A stretch of 64,000 nt of DNA, taken from Octopus sinensis. Lineage: Eukaryota. How positions within the stretch are numbered: position 1 is the stretch's first letter; each line of letters opens with the position of its first letter. Below the pieces are notes generated by a model that was given only the letters and a program-made list of their open reading frames with translations, was not told where the DNA came from and made no database searches. The stretch is from assembly GCF_006345805.1 (NCBI RefSeq), contig NC_043001.1:102424001-102488000 (forward strand), given 5' to 3'. Of this stretch, positions 13,683 through 26,548 are shown in pieces. The position numbers were made by a program, and so were the translations under genes.

Positions 13683-14549
13683 ACTATATACAGAGAGATA
13701 CGTGTGTGAATATATGTAGGTAGATACAATTGAACATCAACCAGTGGTTGTATTTCTGTCCTTTCTAATTGTATTGTGAATTCAGTTTTTAGATTCTGTC
13801 AACTTATATTGTTGATAGATCAGCAAAGACAACAGCGACCCATCTTTGGATGTAAGCAGAGATTGCTAGGAATGAATCTAAGTTTCTAAAAATAACTTGA
13901 TAGAAACTTCAGCCATTCTTCTATTTGGTTATGGTTTTCGTTACACTTGAGATAACTGAGATTCTAAACAGAATCGGAATTAAGTTAGTGGAGAGACAAT
14001 AAGTCTGACTGAAAATGACAGATTTCAGTAATAAATTTCACCATTCCAATAAGGCTGTCCAACTTACCAAAAGTTTTGGATGGGAACAGTGACAACAACA
14101 GAGAGTGTATGAAAAAAGAAAAGGAGAGAGAAAGGATAGGGGGAAGGGTGAAGGCAGACAGAAAGATGTGGCTCAACACTGAGCTGGCCAGACTAATTAG
14201 AATGGAGAACAAAAACTACAACAACAAAGATCCAGCTAACTCCAATTGCCAGAGAGAAAGAGTAGGCGGGGTGTCAGAAGAACTAATAAAAGAAACTATT
14301 GAATGAATGATGTTACAACTAAATATTTGGTTTAAGTAAAGGACAGATCCCCCCCAACCCCCATCGACTACTGAAGGAACTGAGTTTCACAACTTTCCCC
14401 ACCCCTATAGGAAAAACAATGAACTATGAAATCATAAAGGCAACAGCAACATTATAACAAATTGAAATTAGATTTTATGTGTATGATTTGAAGTGAACAA
14501 TACTGACTTCCATAGTCTCTGATTGATTGTCTAAGATTGTTTTGTACAC

Positions 14550-14770
14550 TGCTGAGGAGAGCACAAGCCAGGTGGAGAGGCCACCTTGTTCAAATGCCAG
14601 ACACACGATTCCCTAACAAGCTGTTTTACAGTGAATTGGCAGAAGTCAAGCACACACAAGGCGGACAGGAAAAGTGCTTCAAGGATGGAGTTAGAAATCA
14701 CTGAAGAGCTTTGAGATCAACTTTGATGCCTAGGAAATGCAAGTGCAAGACTGGCCTGTCGGGCAAAGCT
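14550..14770 (+). mobile_element. RTE-BovB-like LINE ORF2 C-terminal remnant
   Basis: Reads LRRAQARWRGHLVQMPDTRFPNKLFYSELAEVKHTQGGQEKCFKD, typical RTE C-terminus. Confidence 0.75.
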
Positions 14771-15000
14771 GCACCAACAGGTGCCACACAGTGGGACTGA
14801 ACCCAGAACCATGTGACTGGAAAGCAAACTTCTTACCACAAAGCCACACTTGAATTTAAAGTATGTTTACAAAATTTGTAATTTGGGTGAGTAGAACTGC
14901 CCACTCTAGACAAGACATCAATATACACATTCTTTTTTCCATACCAACAGAAGATGTAAAAAAAAAAAAAGTTCAACATTACCACAATATTTTGTAAATC

Positions 15001-15208
15001 TTTATTTTATTTACTTGTTTCAGTCATTTAACTGTGGCCATGCTGGAGCACCGCCTTTGGTCAAACAAATCGATCCCAGGTCTTATTATTTGTAAGCTCA
15101 GTACTTATTCTATCAGTCTCTTTCGCCAAACTGCTAAGTTACGGGGACATAAATACATCAAGATTGGTTGTCAAGCGATGGTGAGAGGACAAGCACAGCC
15201 ACACACAC

Positions 15209-15253
<45 letters not shown>

Positions 15254-15413
15254 ACAGACTTCTTTCAGTTTCCGTCAACTAAATCCACTCACAAGGCCTT
15301 GGTGAGCCCGAGGCTATAGTAGAAGACACTTGCCCAAGGTGCCAAGCAGTGGAACCGAACCCAGAACCATGTAGTTGGGAAGCAAGCTTCTCACCACACA
15401 GCCATGCTGCACC
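15001..15413 (-). mobile_element. SINE family A, full length
   Basis: rc of head, core, (TA)n centre and tail. A further head fragment lies at ~14780-14850. Confidence 0.9.
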
Positions 15414-15559
15414 TATATCCTATAAAATATATTCAACATAAATTGGATGTTATATTGGTCTGTAATGAGAGTAAGATCCCACCCCACACACCAGAGGGTA
15501 GCCTAACCATTTATCTAACCACTCAACAATTGTTGCAGCTTCTTTCTCAACAGAAAGAT

Positions 15560-16267
15560 TAAACAGAACAAACACGGATGTTTGGGGAGAACAAACTTCA
15601 CTGCAGTAAAGATTGTCAAAATTACATGATCTGGTGATTTCAGTGCTTGAGTTGCTGAGGATTCATCATCTCTCCTGCTAGCTTTATAAACAAGAGACCA
15701 TTTTGCACCAAAAGCCCAAATCAGAGTTTCTCTTATGGTTTCTACTGCAATGAAGTTTTTTCTAAAAGAACATTCACATTTAAATGGGATTAAATATTAC
15801 CAGTTGGTATTAATTCCGCCTCCTCTGTGGCTAATATATACTTCTAACAAGCTCACTGGCCAATCGCAACGATGGTGCCTGTTGTGGCACCAATTTTATA
15901 TATATATCACTGGTGGTGAGATGAGTCAATGCTACTTCTAGCGGTCAAGTGTCCATCCTTGATGAGATTAAGGAAGGTTGAAATTGCATGACCTGGTGGT
16001 CTTGGTGCTGGAATTGATGGGGATTTATCTTCCTGCTAATCATATAAACAAGCATGCATTTCGGACTAAAAGCTCAGATCAAAGTTTCTCCTGTGGTATC
16101 TAGTGCAGTAAAGTCTCTTCTAACAGAACACCCACGTTTAAATGGGGGTAAATTGAACCTTTTTCTATCAATACTGTCTCTATTTTTTACAGATCAAATA
16201 ATTCAGTTTCAAAAAGTGTAAAATGGTAAAAAATGTGGCTGGGTGCCAACCTTTTGATAACATTGTA
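15560..16267 (-). mobile_element. Highly decayed Tc1-like transposon, 5' part
   Basis: Terminal TA-CAATGTTATCAAAAGGTTGGCACCC resembles Tc1 TIRs; only weak HTH and first-D-region similarity downstream. Confidence 0.4.
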
Positions 16268-19200
16268 CAAGAACAGTATCTCACTTATTCTTTACAAATG
16301 TACATGGAATTGCATTCTCAACAGATCTCAGTAGTTTTAGAAACAGCAACAGCTTCTTGAGAAATAGGAAAAGTCGTATAAATTTCATTAAGGGTCATAT
16401 TTTTATCAGAAAAACGTGTTCACCCATTTGCTGTAATAAACCAGAATTCAATTATTATTATTTCTTTTTAGAAGTAAGAATTGGTATAGAGGACGAGCAG
16501 TGTTTTTTGCTATTGGGATGCAAGCTGGGATTTGCTCAGCCCCAGTTGGGTTGACTGGGTTCTGATGTTAAAAGAACTGAAATACCCTGGGACTCCAGAA
16601 ACATGATTGAAATGTATCCCAGAGCATTAGTGAAATTTAGCATGGAACTAAGGAGAAACAGACTATCAGGATTAGGTGGAATTTTGTGGTTTTGAATGCA
16701 GTTACCATGGAAAATACAATAGAAATAGCTCTGAATATCTGTCAAGATTTTCACTGAAGTTACTATATATAGTAGTGTATACTGTATATTGTGATGATGA
16801 TGTACAGTATACTGTATATCCTGACTCACTGAAGATATGCCACTGCATTCTTAAGAACAAATGGAAATCTTCTTTATTGATACAAATATTGCAATAATAG
16901 CAACACAGGTCTTTCTCGTTTTCCTCACCATATTTCGGTTGAAATACACTGTTTTGTTTCAGTTAATCTTTAAAGTAATGAAGAATTTAGTAAAGAGAAG
17001 CTGTAAGTAAGCTGGTGTTAACAACATAAATTGGCAAAGGAAGTTTGTGTCAAAGAATCAGAGACAGTCTCAGGTGGGTTTGTATCAAGAGGGTTTATCA
17101 TGACTGATAAATGAAAATTGGGATTTTTCATTTCAATCTTGCTAATATATAAATACTGAGATATAGTATTTAATTAACTCATCATTGATAAGCACTGAGA
17201 AACCATCAAGGGAGAATAAATGTTGACAGTAGTTGACAGATCAATGATAAGGCAGCATTTGTGGTTTTTATTCAGTTCCTACAACCTGAGCTTTCCATAG
17301 GAAGCTACTCAGTCTCTGATCCTGCCTGAGCTTATGTAATGTAGTTCTTGTTTCATGAATTTCCATCTGCAAAGCTGTAGCCATGAGTTTTGTGTCTGGA
17401 ATTAAATGAGTGAAGAATATAACAGGCTTAATCCTCAACAAAGCAGAAACTGACACCACAAGAAGGGCTTCAGAGTCGTTAAACTTAAATGATATAAAAG
17501 AATGTTAAGATATGAGACTTGGTCCAATTATTTATAGCCACGCAGGGACCGTATAAGTGTCAGTGACTGCAGTTTTTCAGCATATAAGATGTCAACTTCA
17601 CATATTCCCATAATTCAAGAATTAAGTTGTGCTGATGCCATCACAACAATGTCTTTGAATAGTTTTTATAACTAAACAATTTTGCTTAGCAATAGCAGCT
17701 CAGATAAAACAGTCAGTAATTCCACTGTCAACGAAAGCTTGCATTGTTAAATCAAAATACTAATAAATACATGAGACAAAGGAAAAATCGAGTCAAGCTG
17801 AAAAACTTTATGAAGTTAGGGAAAATTAATATGTTGGAGATTGGTTTATTAACTTTCTTTGCACACCTGAGAAAAACTGTCTTTTTTCTTACACTGATGT
17901 CATATCGTAACTCTTGCTAGACATTTCACGTGTACATATCTACCACACCACCACCACACACACCAACCCATTCAAAGCAGCAGGTGCTGCTGAAAGAGTT
18001 TCCTGTTTCGTATTCTTTGTAGTGTTCATAAAGATATCAGTGTTATGGCAGCATTCTCTTTACCGAGGTCCAACCTTCTGGCTTGTGATATTGCTGTTTC
18101 AGCATTGCATTTGAAATAGCACAGGTTACTCACTGATGTTACCACAGAAATAAAAGCATTCAGTGTCAAAAGTTTTATATGCAACCCAGAGAAAAAGGCC
18201 TTAAAGCTGCACATTTTTTTTACCTCAGATTTTAAGGATGAAAAGACATTGTTCAAGAGTTCTGTTGGCTGTTTGCTTGCAAGTTGTGAGCTGATGCCTC
18301 AAAAAGACTTCATTCAAAGAAGGTTTAAAGTATACACCTTTAGTACTCATTGTTCTCTTAGTTTAAATTCCAAAACAAAGTATATGAAGGCATGCAACCT
18401 GTTAAAATCTGAAACACTGCCAATGCACACATGTGCATAAACAGTGTTTGACTTTCAAGTGGGGCAGACACCAAAGACAGTTTTTCAGGACGTAAAGATT
18501 TGTTGAGGCTTGACCCATGAAATAAACCAACATAAAAATCAATGTTATTAGAAACCGTATGCCAAGACTTCCAATTAATGATGTTGCAACTCAATACCTA
18601 GCCTATGTAAAGGGTGTGGTACCTCGTCTATGTAAGGGGTGGGGGAAGGAATACAACACATTACGTTACTGTACATTATTGACAAAAGACATAACATGAT
18701 TAGAGTAAAAGAGAATCACAACAGAAAAGAATTTGAAAATATTTTCTAAAAGTTGTCAATAAATGTGATGGGTTTCCCCCCTGCTCTGCTAGGAATCTCT
18801 GTCGACAATTAGTGAGTCCTCAGAGTCATGCTGCATATCTCTGCCAATACCATTAAGGCAACTGAGAAGTCATCACACTCTATTATGATTGGAAGTCTTC
18901 CGCATGTAGCATCTGAAACGACCTGGTGGTGCAGCACTGTAGCAGGGACTAGCAAAGCTTATCCCCTGTTGAGCAACGATAGTAAGGGAGCTGAAAAGTG
19001 TCCTTAAATCTCCTTCCTCTTTCATTATGCCATCATACCATAAGGTACTTTTGAGACCACAGAAGCAGCCAAGTGATCTCTTTATTTGGCACTATGGCCA
19101 TAACACAGAGGGGACAGCACCAATGACAGACAGACAACATTACAGTGGGGACAAAAACCTAAAATGAATGAAAAATGATAAAAATGTATAATGAAGTGAT

Positions 19201-19761
19201 TTTCATCTTCGTCAACTGTCAGGCGCTCAGTCATCTTTGCCTTGAGAAACAAACTGACTTTGGTTACAGCTTTGCTAAAGGAATGTTAAATCTTGCTCAA
19301 TACAAAGCTGATGACCATCAGCAGAGTTAAGGTCAGATAGATACACACTTTGCTGATGTTTTCATTGCTTCCACTTGATGGTGAAACCTTTATAAAAGAA
19401 GCTAGGGTGTGTTGAAGCCTGACTCCAATTCGATAATTGTCAAATCAAGTGGTTTACTTTTAGCTAAGTACTTCTTCTACAGCTGCTTCACTAAAAAAAT
19501 GGTGGTATAGCCCCACCTATCACAAACCCAAATTGTATGTTGTCTAAGGTAATTCTCTTCATAATTAGAAAATGCATAAAAATGAAGGAACCTACAAAAC
19601 TGAATATGTATAGCAATGGTCCAAGCAGAACGCTTAAAACCTGAATGGCAAAAATGAAAAAAAATATATAACACAGCAATTTGGGATAGAGTGAGAGAAT
19701 GAATGAGGTTACTCAAAAACATGAAAATGACTGTCAATATTCAAGATGTACTGAGGTGGTG

Positions 19762-20225
19762 AGCTAACAGAATCGTTAGTACATTGGACAAAATGCTTAA
19801 TGGTATTTTGTTCATCTTTACGTTCTGAGTTCAAATCCTGCTGAAGTCAGGTTTGCCTTTCATCCTCTTGAGGTCAATGAAATATGTACCATGTAAAGGT
19901 GACGAGCTGGCAGAAACGTTAGCATGCCGGGCGAAATGCTTAGTGGTATTTCGTCTGCCATTACATTCTGAGTTCAAATTCCGCCAAGGTTGACTTTGCC
20001 TTTCATCCTTTCGGGGGCGATAAACTAAGTACCAGTTATGCACTGGGGTCGATGTAATCGACTTAATCACATTGTCTGTCCTTGTTTGTCCCCTCAATAT
20101 TTAGCTCCTTGTGGGCAATAAAAAAAAAAAAAGAAATATGTACCAGTCTAGCACTGGGGTCAATCTAATCGACTGGCCACCTTCCCTGAAATTCCAGGCT
20201 TTTTGCTTATAGTGGAAAGGAATAT
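19762..20225 (+). mobile_element. SINE family B host copy, interrupted
   Basis: Head at ~19765, split at GAAATATGTACCA, resumes GTCTAGCACTGGGGTCAATCTAATCGAC at 20146. Confidence 0.85.
19892..20132 (+). mobile_element. SINE family B inserted copy with poly(A) and 13-bp TSD
   Basis: TSD GAAATATGTACCA at 19879-19891 and 20133-20145; ends GCAATA plus A-run. Confidence 0.92.
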
Positions 20226-20519
20226 TCATAGTATACCAGTCTAAGGACAGCACTAAGATACCATATTCTGCCGGCAGAGAATTGGAATCACAAAAATATC
20301 AGGCTTCTATAAAACTGTTTTGGAAGCTAAGGAAGATGCATTATAATAATGAATGATTTATACTATTAGTAAACAGTATGATATAGCAACAGAATAAAAT
20401 CTATATATCTTCCATGAGAACACCAGATGCAAAGATAGCTGGTGTAAGAGGAAAGGAACAGAGAGAAGCAATTCACAGAAGGCAGAAAAGGAAGACAGGA
20501 AAAGATTAAGGAAAATAGC

Positions 20520-20790
20520 ATTATGGAAATGAAAGCTACCTCTCCAAGGTGATCATTACAAAGTTAAGATAGAGCAAACGCTGCTCAAAAGACAAACAAA
20601 AAGAAAATCAATGCTGGGGCAGATCTTCTGGATAAAAAGCTGAGATTAGAGCTTATCAAAAATTATTTGAAAAATATAACTATACAAACACTAAATGCAG
20701 AATATGCATGAAACATAATAGATAAAATGCTATCCTTGGTTACTCAGACCTTGCTAAGACTGAGTACATTCAACATACAAGATTAAGACC
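20520..20790 (+). mobile_element. R4/Dong-like LINE CCHC-region remnant
   Basis: KCRICMKH...GYSDLAKTEYIQH resembles the CRxC...HxxxGC..LA..EY..RH zinc knuckle of RLE-clade LINEs; preceded by LRLELIK/RAYQK-like segment. Confidence 0.55.
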
Positions 20791-22246
20791 TAAAGATATT
20801 TATTACGAATATTATAACAACAATAATACAGCTAAATGGTGTTGTGGTTTTCAATTTGTGGTTTCAGGCAGCAGAAGCAGAACCAACAAATGTATGAGGC
20901 ACAGACTTCAAAATATGAAATACAACAAAATGAAAATCCCTTCAGAAAATACCATTTTATAAAGAATATCAAGAATCTACATCTTTAAAATATTTGAAAA
21001 GTTAGAAAGTAATAAAAAGAAATCATGTGACTATGAATAAGTAGTTTATACTACAGTCGGTGAACAGGGCCACAAGTAATTTCAACAGGCAAATTAATTG
21101 AACCCCAAGATTGAAACCTTGTGGTGTCTTACACAAAAGTGAAGGAAAATAAGTTTGACATCATGTTAGAAAGAAACACTGCTACCTTTTTAAAATACTG
21201 TCAAGATAATTAACAACTAACTCAACCTTCAAGACAGCACACTCCATTAACATAAACAATCTTCTAAAAATAATGGCCTAAAGACTTATATAATTTTCCC
21301 ACAACCATCTTAAAAATGAAATACCCACTGGATAATGTAGATCTAGATACTTCATGTCTAAAACCGATGATCACAGCTAGAGTACCTTTGATCACAGGTC
21401 CATTTAAACTGGAGATTAAACAATAAAATGATACATTCAGAGTCAAGATTTTATTGTAACCTAAGGTAAGCTATGTACTGGGTGTTAAAGGGTACAGAGA
21501 GATCTATATCAAATTGTTTTCCTTTCAGTGTGTCAGCTGAAAATACATAAAATAAAAGTCGGGGAAATATGGCAGGTAAAAGTTATTTAGTTAAGAATCT
21601 GAAATACTCTCAGAATTCAAATATGCCATGAAGCAAAATAGGGGCACTTGGTAAAATGTGACAGAGCATATCCAGCAAAATCATTCAAGGAATAATGATA
21701 CATTAGCTGCCGTTCAATTAATACATTTTACCATAAGCAAATCAATGATATTGAAAACTATGTTAGAATGCGAGAGAAACTTCTGAATAAGTTTTCATTA
21801 TTGAAAATAAGAAAAAATGTACAAATAGGAATAACTTTAGTAGAGTGAGGATGTAAACAAATTCACAGGAAAAAATTTAGAAAGAGTACATCCACAATTT
21901 TCGAAATGAAATAGAAAAAAGAAAATGGTGAAACATTTTCCTTCCTAAAAGGAAGAAAAATCTGTCAAACTTGCAAAATATTTATCCAGCGTTAATTTGT
22001 TTGAAACCTCTTGAGCTGAGCTGCAATGGAGCTAACATAAAACCATTTTAGGCCTTGCTTTAAGGTAAAAATAAAATAAAATAATATGAGTGGAGAAAAA
22101 AACAAGTATTAACTAAAGAAAACTGATATTTTCTAAAAGGTAAACTAAAATGTTACTTCCAAATGGTTGATCACAATTATAAATATGGTACTGGTAAATA
22201 TTTTTGTAAAATTTAGCAGACATTTTTTTAAAGATATACATAGATA

Positions 22247-22287
<41 letters not shown>

Positions 22288-22699
22288 TGTCTGTCTCAGT
22301 GTCACTGTGCATATACGTGTACAAGCGCGTGCATTGGTGACATTGAAATCCATAATGCTTTTAGTAAAACTTAAATCCCAGCTGCAGTGAGTATTTCCAA
22401 CTTGAGCCAACACTGAAATACCAGCTTCTGTATTAGGTGGTGGTGGTGGTGGTGTGTGTGTGAGAGAGAGTACAATAGCCAGTAATAAGGATGTAGAAGA
22501 GTGGTTCTCACTCTTTTTGACTTTGTGGCATACTGGAGATCAAACAAAAATATTAATTCATATGGAGAGTGAAAAGTTATTGGTGCATGGTACCCTAAAC
22601 AAACAGACAAACAAAAAATTACCTTAAAGCTAAGAAATTAGAAAAAAACATACATAACTATTATCAATCATATGCGTACAAAACAAAATCTCTCCCTCA

Positions 22700-23042
<343 letters not shown>

Positions 23043-23043
<1 letters not shown>

Positions 23044-23232
23044 TAGGGGGAGAATTCACAAAAAAACAAAAGATGAAGACAGGCAGTGTAGAAAACAAAC
23101 AGATGTATTACTATAACGCTCAGGAATAGAAAAAGTCTTTAACATTTCAAGCCTATGCTCTTCTACAGTAAGGAACACAGAAAGAAACAAGGAGAGAAAA
23201 TAAAGAATGTGTAGTGGCTAGTGATCCATCAT
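23043..23232 (-). mobile_element. Penelope-type pseudo-LTR-like repeat, copy 1
   Basis: Homologous to 25017-25272 and 54965-55105; embedded in microsatellites; carries a hammerhead-like motif. Confidence 0.65.
23137..23172 (-). ncRNA. Minimal type I hammerhead-like motif, copy 1
   Basis: Minus strand CTTA-CTGTAGAA-GAGC(ATAG)GCTT-GAAAT-GTT-AAAG. Confidence 0.5.
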
Positions 23233-23432
23233 ATGTATGTATGTGTGTGTGTTGTGTGTGTGTGTGTATATATATATATACACACACACACATATATACA
23301 TATATATATATACACACACATACATATACATATATATGTATATATACACATATATATATATATATTTTTACACATATATATATATATATTTTTACACATA
23401 TATATATATACACACACACACATATATATATA
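23233..23432. repeat. Compound (TG)n/(TA)n/(CA)n microsatellite
   Basis: Direct inspection. Confidence 0.97.
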
Positions 23433-23594
23433 GACACAGGCACCACATATTTTTAAGCTGGTCCCGCAATTATACGTGCATTCTAAAGTCTTCAATTTAT
23501 ACTTTTAAAAAACTCCATGGTGTACTTGGATATTTTTTGTATCTAAGAACAGCTTTGGAAAATATTGATATCAAACTTTGGTACAAGGTGAGCC

Positions 23595-23725
23595 TATGAC
23601 ATCAACCGAATGCTTATTTTATCAACTCTTAAACGATGAAAGGTGAAGCTGACCTAAGCAGAATTTGAACTCAGAACAAACAGATATTGCTATTAAGCAT
23701 TTTGCCTAACATATTAACGATTCTG
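23595..23725 (-). mobile_element. SINE family B fragment
   Basis: GATGAAAGGTGAAGCTGACC...GAATTTGAACTCAGAAC. Confidence 0.7.
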
Positions 23726-24149
23726 CCTCCTTGCTGCTTTGCTTTGAGAAATATTAAGAGAAAGGATTAGATGTTTTAATAAAAAGTTTCAAAAAAAACA
23801 AATAATCTATACTGCTAATCTTACTGACTTCTAACCCAGAGGAATACATGTCAGATCTAAACCAAGCAAGATTTGAACAATGTATTCTTTCTTACATTGG
23901 TACACGAGCACAAATGGTTAAATGAGAAGGTATACTCCAGTGTATCTACCCTATTTCATTGCTGGCACATATCTTATCAACCACAGAAAAATGAAAAGCA
24001 GGAAACTTCTTTCCACAATAAATTGTATTGAAATTGCATTCACAAGTTAAAATATGTCACATACGTATTTGAACTAATCTCACATTTCGTTATTTCCATC
24101 ACTGCTTCACACTACAAGTGTGTGTATGTGTATACACACACTCACACAC

Positions 24150-24193
<44 letters not shown>

Positions 24194-24294
24194 GGAATAC
24201 AACTTTTGTTAAAACCTGTCCTTTCCACATTTTCTCTTCCTGTTCATTGCCTTCTGAATACATATATACATATAAATATGTATATATATTTATG

Positions 24295-24777
24295 TCAGGT
24301 CACTTTCGAGTGCTACTGGTAACATGTAACCCTGTACAACCTGTTGCACGGTCAGGCCGTCGGCGACCAAACTGGCAACCCCACCAAGCTTGCTTGGTGA
24401 GGAGGGTGATTATTGGACACCCTGTGGGAAGAAAAACAAAACCTGTCAAAGGGTGGAGGAACTCTTGAGAGTCAACAACCATCCAATAAATGTGTATTTT
24501 TTTTTTCTTAAGGCTGTATCATGCGCGGGGACATAGAAATAATTGGACTGAATACCCAACCGCGCGGTTAAACTATTGGGAGTGAAGGACGCGTAGCCTT
24601 TGTTAGGGCATCCTTCTAGGAGCAGGTAACTCCGGTAACTGGGATGACTCCGACATAAAACCTGCGGCTCAGTGGTTACCGATGATGTCGACTTGATCTT
24701 CTTTTCGGATTATGGCTGCTGTTGCTTAGTGAGTGGGATTGACTCAGTGAACAGCCTTTCCTCACTTAAAAAAAAAT
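24295..24777 (+). mobile_element. GC/CpG-rich element resembling an RTE 5'UTR, ending in A9
   Basis: TTAGGGCATCCTTCTAGGAGCAGGTAACTCC...ATAAAACC recalls the RTE 5'UTR motif GGGCAACCAGTCTAGGAGAAGGAAAACTC...AAACC; markedly more GC-rich than its flanks. Confidence 0.5.
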
Positions 24778-24779
24778 CT

Positions 24780-24949
24780 TCTTGCACTGGCATTGCACGA
24801 TAGCAACATTGTTTATGATTGTTGATGGTGCACTGAATCTCAACTGAATGCTTGGCTGTAGTCTTAAAAAGCAAATAAATGTCACTTCCATCACAGCACC
24901 AATAACAGTTGAGCTTCGTGTAATGGCCGTACTCGATAATGAGGAGGCA

Positions 24950-24958
<9 letters not shown>
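24780..24958 (-). mobile_element. LINE reverse-transcriptase remnant
   Basis: Frameshifted FAF*DYSQAF..DSVHH matches the RT DxxKAFDSV motif. Confidence 0.55.

Positions 24959-25018
<60 letters not shown>
24957..25018. repeat. (TA)n microsatellite, ~30 units
   Basis: Direct inspection. Confidence 0.98.
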
Positions 25019-25021
<3 letters not shown>

Positions 25022-25272
25022 AGAGTTTACGAAAAAAACAAAAGACAAAGACAGGCGGTGTACAAAACAAACACATGTATTAGTATAACGCTCAGGAGTA
25101 GAAAATGTCTTTTATGTTTCGAGCCTACGCTCTTCTATAGAAAGGGACACAGAAAAAACAAGGAGAGAAACAAGCAGAGAGAAAAAATGTGTGTAGTGGC
25201 TAATGATCTATCATGGCGACTGACTCGGACAGAAGTGTCACACACGAGAGGGAAAGTAGGGGAGATAACAAA
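25017..25272 (-). mobile_element. Penelope-type pseudo-LTR-like repeat, copy 2
   Basis: Homologous to copies 1 and 3; flanked by (TA)n on both sides. Confidence 0.65.
25109..25144 (-). ncRNA. Minimal type I hammerhead-like motif, copy 2
   Basis: Minus strand CTTT-CTATAGAA-GAGC(GTAG)GCTC-GAAAC-ATA-AAAG. Confidence 0.5.
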
Positions 25273-25291
25273 GTATATATATATATATATA

Positions 25292-25935
25292 CATGAGACC
25301 TTTGAAGATATGCTGTGATTGAGAAGATCCAGCAAGTAAAGTGAGATCACAGCTGTAGCTTATACCAGTGTTGCATAAGCAGCCCACTTAAAAGCTACCC
25401 TTGAATCATCGGGTGATACGCTGCCCTTGAGAAGACTTATTGAGTCAAGTAAAATCAAAGTCAAAAATTAAAATCAAAAGCAAACCAAGATCAAAATGGA
25501 AATCGTAGTTCTGGCCAATGCCAGTGCCACCTGACTGGCATCTGTGTTAGTGACATGTAATAAGCACCATTCAAGTGTGGGTCAATGCCAGTGCTGCCTG
25601 ACTAGCACCCATGCTGGTGGCATTTAATAAGAACTATTCAAGCATGGGTCAATGCCAGTGCGGGGCAACTGGCTCCCTGTGCCGGTGGCATGTAAAAAGC
25701 ACCATCCAAACATGGTTGATGCCAGCCCTACTGTCCCAACTGTTTCCTATGCCGGTAACACATAAAAAGCACCCACTACACTCTCAGAACGGGTAGTGTT
25801 AGGAAGGGCATCCAGCTGTAGAAACCATGCCAGATCAGATTGGAGCCTGGTGCAGCCTACTAGCTTGCCAGTCCCCAGTCAAGCCGTCCAACCCATGCCA
25901 GCATGGAAAATGGACATTAAACGATGATGATGATA
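25292..25935 (+). mobile_element. RTE LINE 3' end/3'UTR with four 67-bp subrepeats
   Basis: Start matches RTE end at ~50240; subrepeat starts at 25517, 25584, 25651, 25718; (GAT)n tail. Confidence 0.85.
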
Positions 25936-25959
25936 CACACACACACACACACACACACA

Positions 25960-26548
25960 TAGCATCCACATACGCCCTCCACAACACTAATATCAAGAAG
26001 TCTTCTCATGAATGTGACCTGGACATTACTGTCAGCAGCAATTTGTGCTGGACAAAGCACATCTCTAGAATTGTCAAGAAGGCCGAGGGTGTCTTTCTCA
26101 GCTGCTCTCCAGCTATCTATGTAAGGTTGTATATGGCTATGGTGCGGCCACACTTGAAATTTGCATCACCAGTCTAGAACCCCCATCTTGCTCAGGACAT
26201 TGACCTCCTGGAAACTGCTCAGAGACATGCAACCAAGCGAATACCCTCCATCAGACATCTACCATACTCTGAACGCCTTGCTTCCCTGGACATAGATACA
26301 TTGAAGCTCCAACATCTGGCAACTGATAAACACCCACAAAATTATTGCGCCAACAACCATCTTGAGCACCTTTTTGAATTCCATGTGTCTAACACATGTG
26401 GGCATGCCTACAAAGTCAGAAAGCAGCACAACTCTCATGACTTTCAGAAATATGTTTTCTCTCAGAGTTGTTGAAGCATGGAACAAACTACCTGCATCAG
26501 TTGTTAGCTGCCAAGGCATTGCATCCTTTAAAACCTCAATGCTTCCTG
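25960..26548 (+). mobile_element. CR1-like LINE ORF2 3' fragment (second family)
   Basis: ECDLDITVSSNLCWTKHISRIVKKA, LYMAMVRPHLKFASPV*NPHLAQDIDLLETAQRHATK, FSLRVVEAWNKLP. Confidence 0.9.

Noticed and set aside
19200-19400. Possible Helitron PIF1 helicase motif (KVCIYL..GHQL)
   Set aside because: Requires frameshifts and only a few residues match; not supportable without a search.
19477-19737. Hydrophobic minus-strand ORFs after a strong acceptor
   Set aside because: No convincing donor before the stops, no recognisable family; hydrophobicity follows from T-richness.
25517-25790. Regularly spaced repeats, superficially CRISPR-like
   Set aside because: Whole 67-bp units are homologous (no unique spacers), context is eukaryotic, no cas genes; it is an RTE 3'UTR VNTR.
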